Positions 36,451-48,883 of a stretch of DNA of 64,000 bases are shown one piece after another. The notes beneath the pieces were generated by a model, which was given only the letters and a program-made list of their open reading frames with translations, searched no databases and had not been told where the DNA came from. Within the stretch, counting starts at the first letter, position 1. The number at the start of each line of letters is the position of its first letter. The stretch is from Scenedesmus sp. PABB004 (lineage: Eukaryota). The position numbers were made by a program, and so were the translations under genes. Location: the NCBI GenBank assembly GCA_014905635.1, contig JABVCE010000008.1, forward strand, positions 1,364,001 to 1,428,000. Direction: 5' to 3'.

Positions 36451-37319
36451 CGCTCCGCCACGCGCAGCGCGCGCGGCGCGCTCCACTCCTGCGCCGCGGG
36501 CCGGGTGCGGGGAGCGCGGGGTCGGCGCGCGCTGCCGGCGGGCCCTGCGCGGCGGCAACGCGGCGCGCGCGCGCCCCACCTGGCCCTCCCGCATCGGCTG
36601 GTACTGGTCAGCGACCTGCGGCAGGCAGCAGCACAGCGCCCCCGCGCCGGGCTCCAGCACCTCCGCCTGGCGGTGCTTGACCTCCGCCTCGGCCACGCTG
36701 CGCGGCGCGGCGCGTGCGGCGCGGCGCGGGCGCGTCGGCGCGCGCGCGACGGGCTGCCAGCCAGGCTGCCGCCGCGCTCGCGCCGCGCGGCGCACGTGAG
36801 GGCCACCGCGGGCGTCGTGGTGATGCTGATGAGGTAGGTGAGGTCCTGCCGCAGCTTGACCGTGGTGTCGGCGCTCGCGAAGCGCGTGCCTGCGGCGGCG
36901 CGTGCGCGTGCGCGGCGTCGGACAGGCAGGCGCGCGCCCGGGGCCGCGTGCGGCGCCGCACCGTCGGACTTGCAGTGCGCCGTCTTCCTGCTGTCGCGCT
37001 CCGCAATGGACACCGACACCCTGCGCGGCGCGAGGGGCGGCGCAGCAGCAGTCGGCGGGCGGCGCGTGCCGACTGCTGGCGGCGCCACCGCCCGTGCGCA
37101 GCTGCTGGCAGTCGTGCAGGGGCTTTCTTAGGAGCGTGGCAGCGCTCAGGCGGGCCGTCCAGGCCCCTCCCGGCAGCGCGGCGCGTCCGGCGCGGGTCTG
37201 CGGCGGCGCGCGCACTTGACCTCCTTCAGCCCGCCCTCGCCCTTCGCACGCGCGGCCTGGCCTGCTGGCCGGACCACGCAGGTGGCTGCGCCGCTCTCGA
37301 AGCCCAGCGCCGCGCTCAT
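36039..37319 (-). CDS. CNRIP1/CRIP1a-like protein (CB1 cannabinoid receptor-interacting protein family), 6 exons
   Basis: Spliced VSVSIAERDSRKTAHCKSDGTRFASADTTVKLRQDLTY and [41 protein letters not shown]...GVELHSISY follow the CNRIP1 pattern as recalled. Confidence 0.75.
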
Positions 37320-37675
37320 GGTGCTGAAAGATGTGGACCGGCGTGCGACGCGCTGCCGGGCGGAGCCGGAGCGTGAGGGGCTGCCGTGCGGACGCGCGGA
37401 CGGGAAAGCGAGGCCTTGGAGCGTGTGGAGAGTGCGGGCGCGGCGCTGAGCCCGCGCGACGGCGCACGGCGGCGCGGCGTTGTGCGGCGGGTCGCTCTGT
37501 GGCCTTCGCAGTCGCTGGGCCTGCCTCCCGACTGCGCGTCAGGCCAAGCTGGCACGCGCCCGCGCGAGCGGCAGCGAGCGCCGGCAGCAGCGCCGCGCCG
37601 CGCCGCCTTGCGCCGCGCCGGGCGTTTGCCGGCCCCCCTCGCAAGCGCTGCGCGGCGCACGCGCGGCCGGGCCGC

Positions 37676-39980
37676 CTACGCCGCCGCGGCCGCGCCGCCG
37701 CCGGGGCTGGCGGGGTCAAAGACCTCCGCGTCGAGGTCGCCCTCCTGGTACACCAGGAAGCCGCTGCGGCGCCGGTTGGCGTTGTAGCACGCGCGGTCGC
37801 CCGGCGGGCAGGGCGCGCACGCCTTGCACGCGAGCGGGCACTTGCCGGCGGCGCCGAGGTCGCCCAGCTGCGGCGGCGCGGCGCCGCGGCGCCGCTGGGC
37901 GTGGGCCGGCCGCCGCGCCGGCCAGCCGCCGCGCCCGCCGCCGCCGCCGCGCGCCCCTCGCACCATGTACTTTGGGTTGCGCTCGCACTCCCCGCTCGCC
38001 GCCCAGCTGGCGCACTCGGGGTGGTGGTCCGCGCACACGCCCGGGTCGACGCTCTCGTACGGCTCGGTGTCGCCAAACGTCTCGGCTGCGGCGCCGCAGC
38101 GACGGCGGCGGCGGCGGCGGCGGCGGCGAGGTCGTGCGCCGCGCGGCGCGCCGCTCGCGCCGCCGTCCGCGCGCAGCGCCCGCTGGCGGCCAGCGCTGGC
38201 CGCTCGGTGCGCGCTGCCGCCGCCGCCGCCGCGCACGTCTGAAGGGGCGGCCGTGGATCCACTTTGTGGCCGTCCACTTGACGCCCTTCAGCACGGGGCA
38301 CCCCGTGTGCATGCTGAACGCGTCCTCGTGGCCGTCCGGCCGCGACGACCAAAACATAAACGCGTCGCCCTGCGCCGCGGGGCGCCGCGCGCGGGCGGCG
38401 CGCTGCTCGCGCGGGCGGTGCGGCGCCCGGGCGCGCGCGGCACCGAGGCGCGAAAGCGCGGCGGCGGCGGGCGCGGCGCACCTTGCGCGGCTTGAACGCG
38501 ACGTGCCCGCGCGCGCAGGGCGACCACGGGCCGAGGCGCTCCGGCAGGCTGCTGTCCACCCAGTCCTCGCTCTCCGGGAACGCCGTCTCGCCGCCCTCGA
38601 TGACGTCTGCAGCGGCGCACACCGCGGGTCGGGCGGCGCGCCCCCGCGGCGGGCTGCGCCGGCGCGCGCGCGCGCGCACTGCCCCCTCCCCACTCGGCCC
38701 ACCGCGCCCTGCCCCGCCCCGCCCCGCGCGCACCGTTCAAATAGAGCAGCACCGTCGCGACGCGCGGGCCGGCGAGGTCGTCGGACAGGCTGTCCATGTG
38801 CGGCCTGTACTGCTGGCCCAGGCCGTACCGCAGCACCTGCGCGACCGCCGCCGCTGAGCCGCTGAGCCGCTGAGCACACCGCGGCGGTGGCGGCGGGGCC
38901 CGAGGCGCGCGGGGCGCGCAGCGCAGCGCAGCGAGGGAGGGGCGCGGGAGGGGGCCGGCGCGCCGCGCTGCGGGCTGGCGCGCCGGTGGCGCGCCTGCAT
39001 GTCCTCCGCGTTCACCGCCGGGATCTGCGCCCAGCGCGCCACGCGCTCCTCGATCGCCGTCACCACGCGGTCCGCCTTGCGCCTGCGCGCGTGCGCGCCG
39101 CGCGCGCGCTCCGCGGCACGCCGCCGCCCTGCCGGCTGCCGCCGGCCCGCGCCGCGCACACCCCCTCCCTGGCCCCGCGCGCCCCCTTGCCCCCCGCGCG
39201 CCCCCCGCGCGTGCTATGCGCTCACTTGACAAAGGTGCCGTAGCTGGTTCGATAGTCATCCAGCACGTTGTCCCCGCCTGCGCCCACCACGGTCGAGCGC
39301 TTCATCTGCGCGCCGCACGACAGGACAGGGCAGGGGCGGCCGCGGGCTGGGGCGGGCGCTCCCGCCGCCGCCGGCGCGGCCGCCGCAGGGCGCGCGGGCG
39401 CTCCCGCCGCCGCCGGCGCCGCGGCGCGCGCGGGCGCGCGGGCGGCGGCCGCGGCGCGCGCGCTGGCGCGCACCATCGGCGCGGCGAGCTTCTTGATGTG
39501 CTCCGCCTCGTCGTCGCTGAGGAAGTTGTGGTACACAAACGCGCGCGGCCGCCAGGACACCACCTCAACCCTGGCCGCGCAGCGGGCGGGCGGCGCGGCG
39601 GCGCGCGGTCGCGGGCGCGCCAGCGGGGGAGGGCACGCGCGCGCCGCGCGCCGCTGCGCGCGGGGCGGCCGGCGCGGCAGCAGGGCGGTCGCTGCGCCGC
39701 CGCGCGCGCACACCACTTCTTCTTGCCGTCGCTCGCGCCCTGCGGCGCGCGGCGGGGCGGCGTTGGCGGAGCGGCGGGCACGCGCGCCGCCCGTGCGGCC
39801 CTGCGCGCTGCGCCGCCGCTGCCGCACCGGCTGGTAGCTCTCGCCCCTCCAGCCGACAAAGGCCTCGTCCGGCTCGGGCTGCGGCGCCTTGCGCGCGGCG
39901 GCCCCGGCGAGCAGCAGCAGGAGCAGCAGCGCCGACCCGCTGCCGGCGCCGCCGCGCCGCCGCCGCCGCGCCGCCCGCAT
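37676..39980 (-). CDS. P4H: Prolyl 4-hydroxylase with C-terminal ShKT domain, ~10 exons
   Basis: [27 protein letters not shown]...[53 protein letters not shown]...CPLACKAC. Confidence 0.96.
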
Positions 39981-40802
39981 GCCGGGCCCGCCCTGCGCGG
40001 CCCGGCCCAGCTGCGGGCGAGCTTCACGGGCGAGCAGTCGCGGAGAGCTGCGTGCAGGTCGGCCTTTTCGCGCGCGTGGTGTCCGGCGCGCGTCTAAGAG
40101 AGCGCTGAGTGCGGCGGAGAGCGCGGCGAGGGCTGCGGCGGCGGGGGGCATCAGGCTGCGATTGGCCGCGTCGTGGCGGCGCAGCGGCGGTTGCGGCCCG
40201 CGCCGCCGCGCGCGGAGAACGGCTCGCGCGCGCCGGGAGGCGGCTCTGACGACGCTCTCCCGCTGCGTGGAGCAGCTTCGGCGATCTGCCGGCGCGCCAG
40301 CGCGCGCGACGGCCACGCGCGCACGGTCGGCGCGCTCCCGCCAGGCGCGCCGGCAGCGCGGCGCGGGCTCGTCCATGCATGCAGCGCCGCCGCGGCGGGA
40401 GGTCGGCCGCAGCGTTTGCACGCGCCTGCGGCGCAGCGCCCGCTCGCAGGGCCTGCGCCGGCGGCGGAGGCGGCTGCCAGCGGCGCGCGCGCAGGACCGG
40501 GGGCTGGCCGGCGCTGCCGCGGCGCGCGCGTGCCGGCCGCGCAAGCGACGGCTGGGGCATCGGCTCTGGCGGGCGAACGCGCCCGCCAGAGCGCAGCACA
40601 CGGCCCGCTCCAGCGCGTAGCGCCTGTTCAAGTCCGGGTGTGGTACACCACCGCCACCGCCCCGCGCCGTCGCCCGCCCCGGCGCCGCGGAGGCAGTCGA
40701 GTATTCGCAGCCCCCCACGTCGCACATGCGGCAGGCACCCCAGCCCTGTGCAACGCGAAAGTAGCCTCTCGCGCCTGGCCACCCTCCGCGCGCGGGCCCG
40801 CA

Positions 40803-43800
40803 ATGGGCATGGCGCGGGTGCTCACCGCGCTGGCGCTGCTGGGCGCGGCGTGCGCCGCCGGCGCCGCGGCGCAGGCGGCGCGGGCGCCGAGCATCGACAT
40901 CCTCGCCCAGCCTGGCTGCGACGTGGGCGCCAGCCTGACGCCGGGCATGCAAGACTGCGTGATCGACGAATTGATGGGCTCCAACGGCACGCTGAGCTTC
41001 ACCTTCAACGTGGGGCCGAAGGCCAAGCACGCCGTTCTCTTCACCCTGCGCTCGGTCGGGGGATCCGCCGTCATGTGAGCCCCCCGCGCCGCGGGCGCGC
41101 CGGTACGGGACGCACCAGGCCGCCGGCCGCCGCCGTGGCCCGCGGCGGCGCGGCGCGGGCGCGCGCCGGGCCGGCACGGCCCGCGGCGCGCCGGGCGCTG
41201 CTGCGCCGCGACGCCGGCCGGCCGCGGCGCCGCGTGCCGCCGGCGCCGCCGCGGGGCGCACGCATGGTCGCGCCACACCCGCCGGAGCCACACACGCCGC
41301 GGGGCAGGCCGGCTTTGCGCGCGTCACTCGGCGGCGTCACCCGCGCGGCGCCGCTGCTGCTGCTGCGAGCAGCCGGCCGCCCCCGGCCGCCCCGGGCGCG
41401 CCGCCGCCAGGGGCGCCGCGCGGCGCGGCCCGGGGGAGCGCCGCGCCCGGCCCCGTCCCCGCCCGCGGCGCGGGGGCGCGCGGGACGCGCGGGGCGCGCC
41501 CCTGGCCCCAGTCGCGCGCCGCGCCGCGCCGAGCGCGCCGCGCCCCGCCGCCGCGCAGGCGCCTGTTCAACTCGGGCCAGGGCGTGTACAACGGCCAGGT
41601 CGTGTACTTCAACGACGCGGTGACCGAGAGCTTCCTGCGCGTGCCCGCGAGCGAGCTGCCGGCGGGGCAGTACACGCTCGTCGTGCAGGGCATGGGCGGC
41701 GCGACGCAGAAGCTGCTGCTCTATCTCCGGGTGCGCCCAGCCGGCGGGACCCGGCGCGCGCGCGGGGCGCCCCGCCAGCCGCCTGGCAGCGGCGCCGGCA
41801 GCGGCCGGCGCCCGCGCCCGCGCGCGCCGCCGCGGCCGGGGCGGCCCGCCCGGCGCGCCCCCGCCCGCCGCGCGCGAACCCTGCCCGGCCGCGCCGCGCA
41901 GGTGCAAACGCCGCCCGCCTCCGTGCGCCTCGCGGACGAGGACCGCACGGCGATGCTCGCCCTCATGCGCGACTGCTGCCCCGCGGGCAGCAGCAAGAGC
42001 CCGATGGCGCCCGAGGTCTGCAGCAACCTGTGAGCGGCCGCGCGCGGGGCCGGCGCGGCGCGCCGCGCGCCGCGCCGCCGTCCGCGCGCCGCGCCCGGCC
42101 CGGCCGCCCACGCTGCCGCCGCGCGCGCGTCGCAGCTTGCCCGGCGCACTGAACGCGAGCAAGGCGGAGGATGACCTGTGCAACGTGGGCGACTTTGTGT
42201 GCGACGACACCGGGCACCTGCAAAAGGTCGACTTCAGCAACGCCGGTGCGCGCGCCGCCGCGGCGCCGCGGCCGCGGCGGCGCTGCTGCCGCGGCGCGCG
42301 CTCGGGGCGCCGCGCCGCCGCCCACGCCGCCCACGCCGCCGCCGCCGCCGCTGCCGCCGCGGCTCCCGCGGCGCAGGGCTGGTGTGCCCGGGTGGCTTCC
42401 CGGCGGCGTTTGGGCAGCTTCCGGCGCTGGAGACGCTGATGCTGCGCTACAACGACTTTGGCGGCGACACACTCGACAACGTCGCGGCGGTGCTCTCGCG
42501 CACCAAGACGCTGCGGCGGCTGATGATGGGCGCGACAAACGTGACCGGCACCATCCCCTGCGCCCTCGTCGAGGACCATGCGCTGCAGACGCTCATGATC
42601 TCCATCAACAAACTCTCAGGCAGCCTGCCCGACTGCGTGCTCGCGGTGCGCGCGCCGCGGCCGCCGCGCCGCGCGCCGCCCCGCCCAGCGCCGCCGCCGC
42701 CGCCGCCGCGCGCCGCCGCGCGCCGCCGTGCCGCGCTGAGTCCCGCGCCGCCGCCGCCGCCGCCGGCGCCGGCGCCGCCGCCGCAGAGCCCCAGCCTGAT
42801 GGAGCTCTACATGAGCCGCACGACGCTCACCGGCGCGCTGCCCGACGCGTTCACGACCGACAGCCAGCTGCGCGTGTGGTACGCGATCAACAACGACCCC
42901 GTGACCGGCGAGCAGCCGGGGCCGGGGTTCAGCGGCGAGATCCCGCCCTCCATCTCGAGCGCCGGCTCGCTGCAGTTTGTGGAGCTCAGCGGGCACCAGC
43001 TGACCGGCGGCGTGCCGGCGCTGCCGGACGGCATCAAGATGTTTGAGTCGCAGGGCAACCGCCTCGACGGCGGCATCGCATGTGCGGCGCGCCGCGCTGC
43101 GCCCGCGCCCGCGCACGCGCGCGCGCCGCGCCGCCTGGCGCCGCTGCCTGGGCCGACGCGGCGCTGCCGCCGCCGCCGTCCGCAGCGCCGCTGCCGAGCA
43201 GCCTCGTCTACTTTGACGTGAACAACAACACGCTCGGGGGGACGCTGCCCGACTTTGGCGGCGCGGGCGAGCTCACGCTGCTCGACCTCAGCCGCAACCA
43301 ACTCTCGGGTTCGCTCCCCGCGTCGCTCGGCGACGCCGGCGGCGCGCTCGTGTACCTCGACGTCTCCAGCAACCTGCTCGGCGGCGAGGCGGGGCCGGGC
43401 AAGCTCTGGGACGGCGCGCCGCAGCTGCAGTACCTCTTCCTGCAGGAGAACAACCTCCAGGGTGCGCGGCGGCGCCACAGCCACAGCCGCCGCCGCGGCG
43501 GCCGCGGACGCAGTGGCGGGCCCCGCCCCGCCGCGCGGCGCTGCCGCCCCGGGCCGCCGGCCGACCGGCCGCGCCGCCGCCGGCCGCGCCGCCGCCGCCG
43601 CGCCGCAGGCTCGCTGCCGGCGTCGCTGGCGGCCAGCAAGACGCTGACGGCGCTCAACCTGGCGAACAACATGCTCGACGGCGACCTCGTGGCCTTTGCC
43701 GACGCGGTCAACCCGCCCGCCAAGGCCTCGCGCCAGGCGGGGCGCCGCCTCGCGGCCGCGCCCGCGGCGCTTAACGGCGGCGCGGCCGTCGCGCGCAGGC

Positions 43801-45384
43801 TCTTTGGCGGTAGTGAGGAGCGCCCCGCGCCGCAGCCCCTGGGCTGGGCGACCGACCGGGCCAACCTCGTGGCGCTGGCGACGCACACGACCGCCGACGC
43901 GCGCCGCCGGCTGCAGCAGGCCGGCGCGGCCGCGCCCGCGCTGGCCGTGCCGCCCGCAGTCGCGCCCGTGGCGGCGACGCCGGCGGCCGCGGCGGCGGCG
44001 GCGGTGGCCGACCCCGTGATCGCGTCGACGCCCGCGGTGCTGCCGAGCGTCCCGCTGCCCACGACGCCCGAGCTGCCCTCCGCGCCCGCCGCGGGCGGCG
44101 CCACGACGACGCTGGTCAACCCCGCCGCGGCGGCGGCCGACCCGGAGCCCGCGGTCGCGCCCGTGCCGGCGGCGGTCGCGGCGCCGGCCAAGCCCGCGCC
44201 CGCCGCGCCCGCCGCGGCGGCCGCGGCGGCGGCGGCGGCGGCGGCGGCCGAGCCCGCGGTGCTGCTGGAGCCGGAGCCGACGCAGCCGGCGGCCGGCCCG
44301 CAGGCGCAGGAGCCGGCCGCCGAGGTGCCCGGCTCCTCGGCGGGCCCGCCCGCGGCCGGCGGCATGGCCGGCGGCATGGCCGGCGGCCCGGGCGCCCAGG
44401 GCGGCCAGGGCGGCGCGGGCGGCCAGGGCGGCGGCGCGGCGCGCAACGACATCGGCATGATGGACGTCCCCTCCTCCTCGGCGCTCGCCGGCAACTCGCT
44501 GCTCTACCTCAACGCCAGCTACAACGCGCTCACCGGCGCCGTGCCGCCGGCGCTGGGCGGGCTCGAGATGTTCCGCTCGCCCGCCAACAGCAGCGACCCG
44601 TACGACGTGTACGTGTACAACCGCGGCGGCCCCGACCGCACGCTCGACCTCACGCACAACCGCCTGTTTGGGGAGTTTCCCCTCTTCCTCATCGAATCGC
44701 CGCCCGACCTCTCCGACGCGTGCCTCTGCACCACAACCTTCAACGTCACCGACGGCAACGCGCTCTTCTGCCCCACCAAGGCCAGCCTCGCGGGCGTGAC
44801 TACGAGCAAGGCGCAGGCCGCGGCGCTCGCCGACGCGGGGTACACGTGCCTGCTGCCTGGCGCAAACGGCGCGACCTCGCCGGTGCGCGCGAGCGCGCGC
44901 GTGCCTGCCCTGCTGTGCCGCCGCTGCGCGCGCTGCCACCGCCGAGCGCGCGCCGCCGCCGCCGGTGCCGCAGGTGTCGCTCGCCAAGTACCTCTCCAAG
45001 CCCGCCGACTGGCTCACCGAGCTGCCGGCCGAGAGCTCGGTCGTGCGCGAGGCCGCGACGCGCGCGCCGCGCGAGGGCAGCCGCGCGGCCGGCTACGGCG
45101 CGGCGCGCGGCGGCGGCGGCGGCGGCGGCGCGGTGAGCGGCGGCGCGATTGCGGGCATCGTCATCGGCGTGCTCGGCGGCCTCGCCATCCTGGGGAGCCT
45201 GGCCTACTTTGTGGGCTACAAGCGCGTGTGGCAGGTGCACCGCGCGACGTCGTTCAAGCGCGGCCAGATACCCGACGGCCCGCCGCTCGGCGGCTACCCG
45301 GGCGGCGCCGCGCCGTACGGCGGCGCCGGCGCGGCGCCGACGAGCGGGTTTGACATTGAGACGCCCCACCCGCAACGCCTGTGA
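40803..45384 (+). CDS. LRR receptor-like protein 1: signal peptide, N-terminal beta-rich domain, Cys cap, plant-type LRRs with large insert, single TM, short tail, no kinase
   Basis: LxxLDLSxNxLSGxLP repeats; TM AIAGIVIGVLGGLAILGSLAYFVGY followed by KR; stop at 45384. Confidence 0.9.
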
Positions 45385-46000
45385 GCTGTGGGGCGCGTGT
45401 GCGGGGGCGGGGGGGGGGGGTGCACTCGTAGCGGCTCGCAGCATCGCCAACGCACGCGCGCCGGCGGGTTTTTTGGCTGAGCAGGCCTGGCGGACCACGG
45501 CGGCCGTGTGACCGCTCTCACTTTCGTCACTTGCTCTGCTCCGGCGAACGGCTCTGCTCGCGGAATCGAAGCAAGTGGAAAGCGGCAGGGCTCAGCGCGC
45601 GCCGCCGCAGGGCTCAGTGCCAGACCGCAGGGCTCGGCCGGGCGGCTCGTGTGCAGCCGCTCCAGCTCGCTCCAGAGCAGCCCGGGCAGAGCCGCACGCA
45701 GGGGCGGCACGTAGGGGCACGCTCCAGCAGGGGCAACGGCGGCGGCAGCAGCGCCACTCGCGCAAGAGCAGCTCGCTGAGCAGGACCGGCCTGCGTCCGC
45801 GGCAGAGCAGGCTGAGGCCGCAGCAGTGGAGCAGCCGCGCCAGCAGCCCACCGACCGGTCGCTGCGTCGTCGCCCGGCAGCGGCGCCGCTGCTGCAGGCA
45901 GCGGCGCTGGCGGAGCCAGCTTTGCTGGCTGCGACCAACAGCAGCAGTGGCGCTGCCGGATCAGCTCTGCGGTGGTGACGCCCGCGCGCCAGCAGCGGCG

Positions 46001-46882
46001 ATGCCGGGCGCGCCGGCGCCCGCGGCGGCGGCACAGCCCCCAGCGTCGCCGCGCGTGGTCGCGGCGACGCGCGACGTGGTGGCCGTGCACAAGCCGCCGG
46101 GGCTGCCCTTCCACTCGCTCGCGCCCGGCGCGCCGGGGCTGCTCGCGGCGCTGCGCGGCGCGCCAGGCCTGCTGGCGGGCACGCCGGCGGCGGGCGCGCG
46201 GCTGCACGCGGTGCACCGCCTCGATACGGAGACTTCGGGCCTCGTGCTCTTTGCCACGTCGGCGCACGTCGCGGGGCTGCTCGCGCGCGCCTTCCGCGAG
46301 CGCCGCGTGCATAAATATTACGCCGCGCTGTCGGCGCGGCGGCCGCGCAAGAAGATGGGCGCGGTCGTCGGCGACATGGCGCCCGCGCGCCGCGGCAGCC
46401 ACAAGCTCCTGCGCAGCGCGGCCGACCCCGCGGTCACGCGCTTCTGGAGCTGCGGCGTGCCCGGCGCCGCAGCCGGCCCGCCGGGGCTGCGCCTCTTCCT
46501 GCTCAAGCCCGCGACGGGGCGGACGCACCAGCTGCGCGTGGCGATGAAGGCGCTCGGCGCGCCCATCCTCGGGGACGCGCGCTACGGCGGCGCCGGCGCG
46601 CCGCGCATGTACCTGCACGCCGCCGCGCTGCGGGTGCAGCTGCCCGGCGGAGGCTGGTTCCAGGCGGTCGACCCGCCCCGGGGCGAGCTCTTCGCCGACC
46701 CCGCCGTCGCAGCCCTGCTCGGCGGCCTGCTGCCGCCGACGCTCGCCGACGAGCCCGGGCCCTGGCTCGCCGACCACCCCGCGCGCAAGCTGCTCTGCTC
46801 CGACCCGACTGCCGGCACGTCAGCGGCGGACTCGGACTCGACCGCCGGGAGCTGGGCTCTTGGCAGTGAGGTGACGGGCTGA
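46001..46882 (+). CDS. RluA-family pseudouridine synthase, intronless
   Basis: HKPPGL, VHRLDTETSGL (catalytic Asp), TGRTHQLRV, GAPILGDARYG, MYLHA. Confidence 0.94.
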   Translation: MPGAPAPAAAAQPPASPRVVAATRDVVAVHKPPGLPFHSLAPGAPGLLAALRGAPGLLAGTPAAGARLHAVHRLDTETSGLVLFATSAHVAGLLARAFRERRVHKYYAALSARRPRKKMGAVVGDMAPARRGSHKLLRSAADPAVTRFWSCGVPGAAAGPPGLRLFLLKPATGRTHQLRVAMKALGAPILGDARYGGAGAPRMYLHAAALRVQLPGGGWFQAVDPPRGELFADPAVAALLGGLLPPTLADEPGPWLADHPARKLLCSDPTAGTSAADSDSTAGSWALGSEVTG

Positions 46883-47333
46883 GCTGAGGGGTGAGCGTGG
46901 GCGAGCTGCGCTCACGCGTCGTCGGTTACTCAGCGTCTCGACGAATGCACCAGCGCGCGCCCGCCGCGCAGCTCCGCCAGTCCGACCAGCCACACAGCGC
47001 GCACGCTGCAGCTGCGCCTGGTCACTCAGCACAGCACACAACAACACAGCACAGCCCGCAAAATTGTTTGGCGGCCGACGCCCCGGTCGGCGGTGCAGGG
47101 TGATTGATGTACACGCCCTGTCAGCCCCTGGCTTGTCTCAGTGCCGGCGGGGGCACACGCGGGCCGAGTACAGTTCACAGGCCCCTCCACCGCGCGCGCG
47201 CGCACAAAACTGTGTGCAGCGCCGCACGGCCATCAGCCCCCGTGGGGCGGCTGCGCCTCGCGTGGACAGCGGCTCTCGGCGCCGGCGCTGCGGCGCCGCG
47301 GCTCAACGGCGCGTGCTCAGCTCGCCGCCCAGC

Positions 47334-47747
47334 TCACTTCTTGTCGAGCCCCGGGAGCTTGCTGATGATCTTGTCCTGAGCGCGGCGCGCAGCACGTGAC
47401 GCGGCGTCAGCAGCCGGCGTCAGCAGCCGGCGTCAGCGGCGAGCCGAGGCCGCCGGTGGGGGCGCGCGGGTGCGGCGGGCGCGCCGCACCGCCGCGGCCT
47501 CGATGTCCTTGCTCGGGCTCTCGCCGTCGACAAACCAGCGCACGCCGAGGTAGGGCAGCGTCAGCAGGCCGACCAGCTGGACAGGGAAGCCGAGCAGCTG
47601 GGCGCGCAGGGGGGGGGGGGGGCGCGGCGCGCGGGCTGAGCGCGGCGCTCCGCGCGCCGGGCGCGGGCGCGGGGGCTGGGCGGCGCTCCGCGCGCCGGGC
47701 GCGGGCGCGGGCGCGGGCGCGGGGGCTGGGCGCGGCGCTCCGTGCGC

Positions 47748-47809
<62 letters not shown>

Positions 47810-48545
47810 CACCGCGTCGAGCGCGGGCAGGTGGATGAGCCACTCGGCGGTGAAGAACGCGGCGAGCGCCGCGGCGGCGTAGCCGATGACGACGGGCTTG
47901 TTATCGGCCTTCTCAAACTTGTCGGCCATCTTGTTCAGGAAGGCATCAAAGTCTGAGTTGTGAGGGTGCCGCGCGGGCGGTCAGCGCGGGCGGGCGGTGC
48001 GGGGCGGTGGGCGCGGGCGGGCGCAGGCGGCGCGGGCGCGCGCGCCGACGAGGGCCGGCTGCCTCGGTGGGCCGCCCCCGCGCGGCGCCGCGCACCCTCG
48101 CCCTCCGCGGCCTTGACCGCGACCGAGCGCGCTGCAGGCGGGGCGGCGGCGGCGGCGCGGTGAGATCCCGCGGATCAGGCCTGCTCGGTGCCGTCCGGCG
48201 CGTCCCGACAGCACGGGGCGGCGAGCACCAGGGCGGCCCAAGCCGCGCGGCGCGTGGGCGTGTGGCGATGGATGGGAGTTTGAGTTGGGCGGCCCAGCCC
48301 GGCCCCGGCACGCCGCCCCGCTGGCTCTGCCGCCGTCTCTCAGCGATCTGCAGTCAATGAGCGCTCCGGGCGCAAGCTCCGGGCGCCCTTGGCGGCGATC
48401 GAGCGCGGTGCTCTCGGCCCCGCTCTCGCGCGTGCGCCCGCTCACCGCGCAGGGCCGCCGGCCGCACGGGAGCCGGCAGGGCGCGCGGGCGGCTGCAGGT
48501 CACGGGCCGCGTGGCCAGCGCGGGGCTGCGGGCGAGGAGGGCCAT
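47334..48545 (-). CDS. CURT1: CURVATURE THYLAKOID 1 (CAAD domain) protein, 5 exons
   Basis: Transit peptide; KMADKFEKADNKPVVIGY; two TM helices, HLPALDALLGFPVQLVG...RWF; C-terminal amphipathic helix. Confidence 0.8.
47630..47810. repeat. Intronic tandem duplications and (GGGCGC)n hexamer repeat in CURT1
   Basis: GGCGCTCCGYGCGCCGGGCGCGGGCGCGGG unit present three times, followed by a GGGCGC run. Confidence 0.85.
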
Positions 48546-48733
48546 GGCGAGCAGCAGCGGCAGCAGCAGAGAGGGCAGCGGGGAGTGCCGGCGGCGTGTG
48601 GCGGCGTGTAGCGGTGTGTGCGGCAGGGACGGGCGGCGCATCGTGGGCGGCGGCAGCGGCGGCACACCCTGCGAGCGTCACCCGGTTGAGCCCTGCAGCG
48701 GCGCTCAACCGCCGGTCAATGGGAGCGAAGATT

Positions 48734-48738
48734 TTACA
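48734..48738 (-). terminator. TGTAA polyadenylation signal
   Basis: TTACA on + strand about 150 nt past the stop at 48884. Confidence 0.6.
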
Positions 48739-48883
48739 CGCGCACGGAGCGCGGCAGCGCTGAGCTCAATCCTGCCGGCTGCACAGCTGCAGATCACGCA
48801 GCGCAAGGCATAGTGCCTGCAAATGATGAAGGTGGTCGCACGCGCTGCGCGCAAGGAATGGAAGGCGGGGCAAATCGGCGGCC

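Noticed and set aside
45715..45978. Coding-like Ala/Glu/Gln-rich frame upstream of RluA
   Set aside because: Bounded by stops with no ATG and no supported upstream exon; probably 5' UTR
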